Positions 12,101 through 24,100 of a DNA stretch of 64,000 nucleotides are shown one piece after another. Source of the stretch: Saccostrea echinata (lineage: Eukaryota); contig NW_026889783.1 of the NCBI RefSeq assembly GCF_033153115.1, positions 806,001 to 870,000 of the forward strand, given 5' to 3'. The position numbers and the translations under genes are program-made. The notes under the pieces were generated by a model that worked only from the letters and a program-made list of their open reading frames with translations, did not search any database and was not told the origin of the DNA. The first letter of the stretch is position 1; each line of letters starts with the position of its first letter.

Positions 12101-15100
12101 ATAACTCCATTTATTTTCTATGAAAATATTTGTGATTGATAATTAACAACATTTATTATTATCATTACCAAGGCCATTGCTATCTTAAATTAGAAGGTTG
12201 CTAAAAATTCCATTTGAAGTCCATAGGTTGAAACATACTCAATAAGTAATCATATCAAAGTCTTAATGGAAGCAGAAACAGACAGGCAGACAAACAGACA
12301 ACTAGACATCATGATTACTATACTGAACACAGATTTTAATGCATCTTGAACATCAATACCAATATGTTCAACATGTTTAACATGGATATGTCAAAGTGAT
12401 GTGGATGTCATTTAATACTACTCTCTCTTTATGTATTTTAACGTCAATAACTCAAATTCTTGGAAATCACAGTTTTTTTCAGTCCCATCAACTTTGAGAT
12501 AACAAGGTTTGACTGTATACTAGATTTTATATTCAAGAGTTACCTGATTTTTTGTTCCACTGCACTGACTGGAAAAATAAATACAAGATGGGTAATACTT
12601 AGAGCAACTTTAAAAAGCATTAATACCTCTCACACAACATTGTAAAATTTCTTTATTTAAGAACTACTATTTTTAAATTCTACGGAATTTTTAAACAATG
12701 GTTTTGATTACTTACTTGTCTGTTCCTTCTCTCTCACAGTCTGAAAATAAAAGTACAAAAAAAGACTTCAGATAGAATCACATAAAAATTACACCATCAA
12801 ATGATCCAATCCATCATTCACTTAATATTCAATCTCATCCATGATGTCTTTCTCTGGGGCTGAGTTTTTTCTAGAAACTAAGATGGCTTTCACTGTGACT
12901 GGATTTTGTTAGCAAACTTACCCGGGATATCTCTGGGATTGAGTTTTTCTAACAAACTCATCTTAGAGGAATTTCTCTGATGCTGTGAGTTTTTCACCTG
13001 AAATAATGTTTAATGAGGCCAAGTTTTATTTTTGGCAAACTCACCTGAGTAGATTTTCTCTGGGGTTGAGTTTTTCTGGAACAGTTTATCAGTGATCATA
13101 GACAGAGGATAGGTGGACACAGTGGGTTCATACATCCTCAGAAGAGATGTCTAAAAAGTTAGACAACATACGTATGTGATACACGTATAACCCAATGCAT
13201 TCACAGTCTAGAATTTTTATGGGAATATAACCCCATTATCCTGGAGTAGCCTGAGTCTATTCGAGACTTATTAAGGACAAATGCAACATGGTGTTGAACT
13301 TTATTTTCTTATTTCCTGTATAATGTAAGAGTTCCAATAATTGAGGAACCTTTGTGCAATTTTATTATGCCTGGTAATGCTGTACACCTCTTCTGAATCA
13401 AAGTTTTGAGGAAATACCAGCTTAAACTATATTTTTATTGATTTTTCTTTAAAAACACAAGGATTTTCTTCATTTGATATCTGTTAAAAACTCCTGGTAA
13501 TGTATGCTAATTTTTTGTCTAAGAACATCTAATGGTACTATGATTTTAAATTAAGAATATCTTGGAATATTGTCAGTGGGAAAGGTACATTGTACAATAT
13601 ACATGTATGAGCATGTATGTTGCATATGACCTTAAATAGCCAGTAGAAATAGATTACCTTAATTATAGCCAGTAGAATCTTTTCATTTTCCATAAATATC
13701 TGACGTTTGTCTGGTGTAACATTCACATCAACAGATTCTACAATAGATAAACATACACTATACACTATCACAGACAACAATCAGAAATGACAGCGACACC
13801 ATCATCTGCATTTAATATGATGAAATTTATACATCTTTCTAACAATTTATGTAGCTGAATTCTCTAATAAGCTCTCATAAAAAACTCTGTCAACTTTGTT
13901 AGCTCTATTGTAGATGAAGATAAATCCAAATTATAATTTTGAATTCAATTTTGTTGTTCATATGCAATCAATTTGAAGGTCAAATACTTGATGGCCTACA
14001 TAGTATTGTATACAATTTTAAACCATAAACACATATAAACTATTTCAAAGATAATTTTTGTTTAAAAAAAAAAACATTTAATGCATTCAAAAATACAGTC
14101 AAACGTCGATATCTTGAACTTGACGAGACTGAGAAAAAAATTCAAGATATTTGAGGGTTTGAGATATTGAGGGTAAAAGACATCAAGGAAAAGTGGTTGG
14201 GACTTCTAAGTGACTTTGACATATCCAAGGCATTCAAAATATCAATGTTTGACATATCAAAGTTCAACTGTACATGTATTAATGCAATCAAGTATTGTAC
14301 TCTGTCAATTCTAACGGAACTTATTCTAACCTTTATCCATGTTGATATGAATTGCCACAAATGGGTACTGGTGACGATTGAACTGATGGTAGACTTCATT
14401 TATTACTTTTGTAATCTGGAAGATAATTGAAACCTAATCATGCAACAAAACAACTGTCAATCTTTTGAAGGCATTTTCATGGAAAGTACAGAAAAAATAA
14501 TTTAGTACAAACACAGTTATAGTGAATTTAGAGATAAAGCAAAGTTTTTTGGGATCCATGGTAAAATTCTAAAGAATTCTTTGTCAAAACTTATGCTTAC
14601 TGAGGCAAAGCCGAGGTCAATATTGGGTTTTTTCTGTTGAAAATCAAACCATATTCACCACCAAAAGAGTCCGTAACTGTTTTATTATATTGTCCAAATT
14701 CGAATAAATAAAACATTAAAGGCTGCATGATGACACCACTTTCATTAACAAACTTCTTTTACAGAATGATTTGAAATTGTTCAGATTATAAGCTATCATT
14801 CCAGTATCTTTCTTTCGTTGTGTGTAAGACATCATTTCCTTCCGTCAAAATATTTGGATAATAATACGGTGATAGGTTTGCCTAACATTTTTCTGTTCAG
14901 ATGTACACTGCTGGCTCCGGTCATTGCAAGCATTGTTACAATATTATTTGAGGTATCGTTTGTGATGTCACAATCACCGCTGAATGCACACTGACCCTCC
15001 GGTGAATACATCTTCAAATTCAGTGAATATGTAATGTTATAAACTGTTTGTGTTTGTATAGATTAGATAAAGAATATATATAGACTACATAATAAACTCT

Positions 15101-18100
15101 GATATTATAATTTAAAGATGTGGTGAATTGATTTTGTGTCCCACAGAGGTTGAAAATGAAGAAATTTACACCTCTTATAGTTGTAAACTTACCTCAACAC
15201 ATGTATATTCTATAGTCATACTTCAAGGAAAATGTGTATATTACAAATTCACTGCATATACATTTTAATTTAACAAATTTATTGTACAGATAAACAAATA
15301 ACAGAAAGAGTGAAGTAAATTCACAAGTCTTCACTTTATCTGAGTTTTACTGTAAGATTTAATTTCTCCAGAAGTATAGCCAAATTTTGGTATCATACAA
15401 AAGATAAGACAAACCTTTGCTGAATCAAAGGGCCGTTTGTTGATGAAAAGGAACTGTCTGTCTGTAGCACTCCTCCCCACACCATGTATACACTTAGAAA
15501 CATAGCCACCAATACTACAAACATAGAATATCTATACACTTAGAAACATAGCCATTAATACTACAAACAGAAAATATCTAAACATCAGAAATATAGCCTT
15601 CAATACTACAGAGAAAACCCATGCCATGGGCACACTTACAAACATAACCCTCAATACTGCATACAGAGAAAACCTACACCATGGGCACACTTACAAACAT
15701 AGCCCTCAATACTTTAGATTAAATCCATTCTCCTTACTTGACTAAAGTTAACAATATCACAAACTAACATTTAAAGTTAACTGACCTGAAGCGGTTTACA
15801 ATGTCCTTGTTGACCTTGAGACTGTACTCATCCAAGACATCGTCACTTGGGTCAAAGGTCACAAACTCTGTAAGACTCTGCATCTGTAAGCCGAGTGGGA
15901 GTAAGATTACAGCAATATAAGAAAATGCTAATATACATATATGTACTGCTTTCACTGAAATCTCATTTAAAATATATAGGGTAATTTAGCTCCAGTTTTA
16001 ACTGATAACTTAGTTACATTTTGTATACTATTAAAAATCACTTATTTTCCTGCGATCAAATTTTCGTGGTTTGAAAAAAAAATATTGGTTTATGGGAATT
16101 TAATTTTGTGGTTGAGGGACACACAATACTGTAGTAAAAGTATGAATCAACCTAAGATAAGTTCACAAACACAGTCTTCCAAAGCAGGTGTGAATATTTA
16201 ATTAATATCTCTACAGGTGTGAATATCTAATTAAAATCTGTACAGGTGTGAATATCTAATTAATATCTGTACAGGTGTGAATATTTAATTAATATCTGTG
16301 CATCTACCTGTTTTGGACCAAAAACATCTGCTATATTTTCCCTCAAGGTTTGGTTTCCATTGCTAGACACCACTGTTGACCACCCTCTATTTATTAAAAA
16401 AAAACTATTTATTACCATATTAATATCTATACTAAATCTAATTTACAATAGATATTCAATCCGCGCCCAGCTTTTGCTATATTGCTTAATATTCCAATAC
16501 ATGTGTGATACAAATAAATTTCCTCATATCTTATAGAATAACTAAAAAACCACATGTACTTTAAAAATCTAGAAAATTATTTTTATTTTGGTATCCATTT
16601 CTTGCATTTTAACATTAATGATTACTTGTCTTAAAATACTCGATGAATATTTTGTGAAAATAAAGTATAGAGGAGCGTTTGAGAAAATCGGTGAAGATCT
16701 TACCCTTTCTTAGATTGATTAGAGCAGGTAATCCTGACTCCAGTACTGATAATGCAGTAAGAGTTCAGCACCTGAATCATTTTATTGAATTCCTTTTTGA
16801 CATTTCTCTGGAATTCCTTGTGTCTGACAGGAAGCGTAGAGAACAGGCTCTGTAGAAGTACTGTCGTTCCTCTCTATTCAATATACATGTACATGTTACA
16901 TAACACTTTTACATCACATCCCATCAATTTACTGTTCAAATATCTCTATATCCCTATTATAATCCTTGTGTAACAGTGCACTGCATAATTAAAACTCTTT
17001 AAATCAAATCCTGTTATATGTTTTCTATGTTATATTCCCTCATATTCTGTTTCATAACACCCCTCATGTACTGTGTCATTACATTACACTCCCTCATGTA
17101 CTGTGTCATTATATTACACTCCCTCATGTACTGTGTCATTACATTACACTCCCTCATGTACTGTGTCATTACATTACACTCCCTCATGTACTGTATCATT
17201 ATATTACACTCCCTCATGTACTGTGTCATTACATTACACTCCCTCATGTACTGTGTCATTATATTACACTCCCTCATGTACTGCGTCATTACATTACACT
17301 CCCTCATGTACTGTGTCATTATATTACACTCCCTCATGTACTGTGTAATAACACTACAGGGTTCAACACTCGTCAGAATTTGGACTCGCCATTCGGGCAA
17401 CCTTGGTCCTGATCTCAGGTTGCCCGAATGAATTTAAGGTCGCCCGAATAAAATATCAAATTAAACAAAATGTGAAATCATTTTATTGCATTTCTTTCTC
17501 TATTTCTTTTTCATAGTTAAACAGAATCTCGTTGACTCTCTCTTCACTGAGATCATTTTCAGAATCTATCTCACTGTCCTCATCCTCATTTATTTCCCCA
17601 TTCTCATTCATTTCCTCATCAGTCTCTTCCTCATCCCTAGAGTCTTCCGCAACAGTTTCACTCCAAGTCACATTTATCTCTGCAGTTTCAATCAAAATTG
17701 GAGTCCCCTCTCTCTCAACACTTTCAATCTGATTTTCAGCATTATTCATAATTTCAATTGTCTCGCATCTTCTCTTTTCTCTTTCTCTTCCTTGTCCTTG
17801 GGTCTGTTGTTTCTAAAAAGTGTTGAATTGAGTTTACATCTGATTGTACTATTCATCATTTTGATTTTAAATCATACAATGAAGTCTGAATTGCAGTAGA
17901 TTGAAAAGTTCTGGGAAGTTATTTTTTCCATTGCACAGGTGACTAAACTGAATTTCATGCAACCACTTACCCTTTTTTTGTCATTAAACTGTGGTCTCCT
18001 CTTTGTCAGTGCCAAATGAGTCCACTTGTTAATTGCAGGGATTGGATCAAACCTAAAAGTTATTTTAATTCATCTTTTAAATTGTCAGTGAGAATGATCA

Positions 18101-21100
18101 ATGTATTGTAATTAATATTATAACATGTTTGTCAAATAGTGTGCTTGTGAGTATAGTAATACATAATATGCTAAAATCCCCTTATCAAGTGAAAATACAT
18201 GTACATTTTTATATTATATCATACTTGTCAATAGCATCTGAATGAAGGTGGACTGTCATAAGGTCATCCAATGATGCTTCAGTAAGTCTGGTTCTGGTTT
18301 CTGTTTTGATCTTTTTCATCTGACTAAAACCTCTTTCACACTCCGAACTTGAGGATGGCAAAGTCATCAGAAGGTCAATGAGTCCAAAGATGTTCTCATA
18401 TCCAGTGAATTGCCTCTGTACTTCAGGCCAAGACAACACATGTACATCTGGGAAGCTATGTCAATAAAATAAATAATTCAATGAATGTATAAACATTTTT
18501 AGATACATTTAGATTTGGAGTCTTTCTTTGAATTGACTTCTTTACCTTCCATATATGTCTGATTTCAAAAAGACCCACTCGTGAAATACAACATCTGCTG
18601 TCTCCAAGTCCTGGCGAAAATGAGCAGCTACTGTCCTGACGTGTTCATCACCAAAATCTATCAGTAGTGCAACATTGTTTGTAAAAATGAATTAAAAAAA
18701 TGAACAGTTGTAGTATAAAGTAAATCACAACTTGATGATTTCAGCACAATTACTCATAAAAATGTGTATAAATTCCATAGTATTGCAATTCCTTTCCATA
18801 GAATTAAATTATTAGATTATTAAATTTAAATCAATGGTATAGTACAATTAAAAAATATATTGAACAACTTCAATAATTATTAAGTAACATAACTTTAAGT
18901 AAAACTAAAGATACCCAAAATGTTAGATTTAAATAACAACCTAATAACAACCTAATAAGTCAGCATTTTATTTAAAGTCATATATGACTTATTTTTGATA
19001 AGTTCAGACTAACTAAAATTAAAAAGATCTTTCTATTTGTTTTATTACTTTTTATAAAGATAGGACTTTCCTGTAAATTACACAATTTAAATCAATCGCG
19101 TTTCGTAGATATTGGATTTTTAAAACAATAACCAATTTATTTACCAACTCTGCGTTTAAATATCAGACACAGTTTAAAAAGTCAATTTAACAATAAAAAC
19201 GTGAGGTTATTCAAGTTCTAAATCGATGATAATTTTAATTTGAACGTAAATGACAAATTTCATGTTCATCTACACTCAATCTCGTATTTTTATTCTTTAG
19301 CTCAGATACGCCATATATAGCTTTTAATAAATTATCAACAACAAAAAAACAATTTGAAAATAAAAAGGGATTACTGAAAGTAACTCAACTATAAATGTTT
19401 AACTTGTGTTACCTTCCCATTTATTTTCACTGTCCTTTTCTGGCCAACATTTAAAGTCAACAATTATTGAAGCTTTAACAACTCCAATATTTGCATCTTC
19501 AAATCTTTGTGCCAATCTGATTTTTAAATTTTCTAGCAATGTAGTCCTAGCTTTTGAAAATGATGCCAGGTTTTCACTTGAAACCACTGGTCCCATATCA
19601 CCTGACTTTAGCTTTGTCAGATAGGCTCCATCACTAATTCAAGAGTATTCATTAAATTAAACCCAGCCACAATAGTCATATCAAATGGTTCTATATTTTA
19701 TGCAATAAAAATTGAAATGTAAACTTACATCTCAGAAAATCTGTTGAGTGAGCAAAGACAGGAGTTGAGAGCCCTGTGTATATCAGCCACGCAACTTTCT
19801 TCCCCTCTGAAATACTTGAGACATGATGTGAAGAAGAGACAGAATGTCAAGAAGAAAGGCTGCAAATGTGATGTTATTGTCATCTACAAGAATCTTATAG
19901 AGACCAAGGGCTTTACTTTTGGCAATAGCTTGCACACCTGACCCAAATGCAAGCTGAAAAATAAATAATTATTTGTTTTTATCAAAAAATGCTTAGATTA
20001 AGGTAGATTCAAAGTTCATCTAAACTTAATTCTAGCAATAAACAGAAGGGCATTCTATTAAGTAAGCACCTGATAAAGATGTTATTTGATGGCAGCATAT
20101 CCATGGAACATGTTCTTCAATGCCAGTAAAACATGGCCAACCCATCTGGTGCCGCCAACTCTTGTTGGCATCTTCATGTCTATTCCAAGGGTTTTATATG
20201 ACTCTTTCAAATTAGCCCGATTCAATGGACTGTTATGGTAAAAGTAGTACAACCCTAGTAAAAGTCCAGAGACAACCTTTTCTGCTACTTTGATCCCCTT
20301 CAAAGCATCTTTGTAGGCCAGCTCTAATCTTAACAACATAAATAAATACATTTGTAAAAGCTCAGCAGTAATTACATTTCATTGATCATGATTGACCAAA
20401 ATTAATTAATAATTAAATTTCGTAATTTCCTGTTAGATTTTGTGTTATGTCCATCTTGCAGTGATTGTATAAATTAAAGATAAGTTATACCTGTGGGCGA
20501 GACAATGAATGGAAATGACTGAAGGATGGTGTTCTTTCATCAAGGCAGCAACACCAGTCTTTTTGCCTGTCATAACTGCGGCACCATCAGAACCAAGACC
20601 CACCATTTTCTTATGTGTTAGTGACCAATCAAGCCCAACTCCTGTTTGAAAAAGATTAGTATAAAATTAAAAATTTTGATTGTCTTTGGACTATTGCAAT
20701 TTGATTAATACTGTAAATCTAATAAAGTAATTGAAGTACTGAGTAATGTACCTTCCACAGCTCGCTTCATAGCAAGAAAAACTCCCTTGGCATCAGCTTT
20801 TGTCACCTGCTTACATCCAATAAATTTAACCTCTGCCTTTCCCTTTATGACCATTCGCAGATATACTATCTCATTATCAATTATGCCTTGGTCGGTTGAT
20901 CCATCACATAATATCGACAGGAATTTAACATTTTCCACTGCCTCTTTAGTCCTATTTCTTTCTATGGCTGCGATGGCATTAACAAAATTACTGCAACACT
21001 TATCAGTTATGTAGGTATTTCCTAGTACCAGTCCTTTTGAAATGTCTAATTTACATAGCCACTCAAAGTCACTGTACGGCCTGTTATTTTTTGCCAGTGC

Positions 21101-24100
21101 ATGGGCCGTTTTGAATAAAATAATAAGTTTATCTATATTCTCTTTATTCAGGTTTTGAAGTGCTTTTTCTGCAGGTCGTGTACCAGGCTAATAATTAAGA
21201 ATAAAATCATTTTTTAATTTGGCATTTTGCTCTGAGCAATATATATCATGATCGTACTGTTTTAAGAAAAATATTAATTCTTATCTGTGACAATAAATAA
21301 TAAAACAAACCTGTTTTGTTTTGTTGGTGGCGATGACTGCCGAGTGTTTGTGACTGTCGGAGTTTTCGTGTTTTTTTACCGAGTCAATTCGAAAGCTGGT
21401 GGACCCCCGACAAAAGTCGGAGATAACACCAGCTTCCTTGCAGAAAGTGCAGAACATTCTGCCATCTTCATATTTCAGCCACGGCCGCCCTTCACCCCAA
21501 GACACTTTGAAAGATCGTTCTTTGCAATTTCTTCGTAGTTTGTTTTTTTTGGAGCAGGTTTTTTCACTCTCGACAAAAATGCCCACATGTTTTTTTTTAA
21601 CGGAAGTGCTCTGTATTATAAAATGTAAACCGGACATTTTTGGAACTTCAAAAGCCGTATTACTATTTTATACAACAACGAAGACAAGAAACAGTTATTA
21701 ATATGGAGATATAAGAAACATTTTTTTCACAATGCTCACTATCAAGTTTATTTTTAAAAATGTTAACATAATTATTGAATATTCCAAACTCGTCACCAGG
21801 TCGTCATTTGGGCGAGCCCGACTAAAATTCAGGTCGTCCAAAACCATTCCGGGATGGAAATGACGAGGTGACGAGCGTGAATGTCGAACCCTGCACTACA
21901 CTCCCTCATGTACTGTGTCATAACACTACACTCCCTCATGTACTGTGTCATTATATTACATTCCCTCATGTACTGTGTCATTACATTACACTCCCTCATG
22001 TACTGTGTCATTACATTACACTCCCTCATGTACTGTGTCATTACATTACACTCCCTCATGTACTGTGTCATTACATTACACTCCCTCATGTACTGTGTCA
22101 TTACATTACACTCCTTCATGCACTGTGTCATAACACTACACTCCCTCATGCACTGTGTCATTATATTACACTCCCTCATGTACTGTGTCATTACATTACA
22201 CTCCTTCATGCACTGTGTCATTACATTACACTCCCTCATGTACTGTGTCATTACTTTACACTCCCTCATGTACTGCGTCATTACATTACACTCCCTCATG
22301 TACTGTGTCATTACATTACACTCCTTCATGCACTGTGTCATAACACTACACTCCCTCATGTACTGTGTCATTATATTACACTCCCTCATGTACTGTGTCA
22401 TTACATTACACTCCTTCATGCACTGTGTCATAACACTACACTCCATCATGTACTGTGTCATTATATTACACTCCCTCATGTACTGTGTCATTACTTACAC
22501 TCCCTCATGTACTGTGGCATTATATTACACTCCCTCATGTACTTTGTCATTACATTACACTCCCTCATGTCATGTGAAATTTCATAATACCCCCTAGTGT
22601 GCTGTGACAAACACCCCCTATGATTTTTCCTCCTCATGCACTATGACATACAATAAATGTCCTCATGCACTGTGACATAACAATATTGCCTACATGTAAT
22701 ACCCCCTCATGCACTGTGACATTACAACATTACACCCCCTCATGTACTGTGACATTAAATTACATTACACTTTCTCATGCACTGTGACATTACATCATTA
22801 CACCCCCTCATGCACTGTGACATTACAACATAGTACTCCTTCGTGCACTTTGACATTACATTACACTTCCTCATGCATTGTAATATAACAACATTACATC
22901 CCCTTATGCACTGTGGCATTACAACATAACATCCCCTCATGCACTGTGACATTACATCTCTCCTTATAAACTCATTTCATCACATATTATATTTTAAATA
23001 TTGTGAAACCTTTCTAATCCAACTTGCACTTCCAGATAAATTTTGTGTCGAAATAGAAAAAGTATCGGATTACAGAGTGTAAAGAACATTAAATAATAGT
23101 AAAATGGGAATGAAAACAAAGGTCAGAATTTACAGTGAAGAGAAGTGCACAGGTGTTGGATTAGACTGTTTTTACTGTTACAGTACTATATTATTTCAAA
23201 TTTACATTATACAGTCAGAGAAACGTCAACATCAATAAATCAGTTTAACATTTAAATGGCAGGAAAAAAAATTACTAATTACATTGTTTTATATTAACTA
23301 TTTGTCTTAATTATTTTACCTGTCTTGGTTGTGGAGACTTAGCCTTTATTTTTCCATTGTGATTAAATTCCAGTTTTGTACCAACACTTGCATCGCTATG
23401 CCTTGTTGTAATTGTTAGTGAGCTGTGATAATATAAATAACTTAGTGTATACATGCACAAAAAATAGCATTTTATAATTCATTTCAACTTATGGTTCTAC
23501 ACAAAACAATGTCTAAAAGAAGTTTTGCTTGCTGAAATTTGAAAACACTAGCTCATTTAAAAGACAAAGTACCTGAGGGCACAAAGAGAGCTCAGAGCTT
23601 CCCCTCGAAAACCAAACGTCGCAACATTGGTAAGATCAGTGAAGTCCTGAAGCTTAGAAGTATGGTGCTTGAGAGCTAACAAAAGAACATCAGTGATGGT
23701 GTCATCGTAAAGTGTACAAACAACGCTTATAGAAAATAACATACTGAGGAAAAAAAGGTTCATACTTAATCCCTCAAAATTACTCTCCTCCACTCCACTC
23801 CCATTATCACTCACTTCAATCGACTCCAGTCCATAATCTTTCAGTTTTATTTCTGCAGGGAAAAGGATAGATCAAAGAGCATTGAGATATCAAACTAAAT
23901 AATTTTCAACACAATTTCCATGTGTCATTATCTTTTGTTATAGAGCCAAATGGGCCACACTGCTTGCCTCTCTGAGCTCTTACCATGTGCACATTTTGTT
24001 AATCTAAAATGAGGCATTTTTGTGGTCCTCTAAGTTGTCAATGACAATGAATTAAAAAAAAAAAATTCTACAAACATGACATTTGTAATGCTTTGTCAAA

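Noticed and set aside
12921-12997. Extra PMS2 exon (atttcag|GTGAAAAA...CGG|gtaagt)
   Set aside because: It has an in-frame TAA in the required phase and is better explained as decayed copies of the exon-12 end.
17014-22597. Repetitive Cys/His/Met-rich ORFs ([20 protein letters not shown]) as metal-binding proteins
   Set aside because: They arise from a 30-bp minisatellite open in several frames on both strands, with no unique flanking coding sequence.
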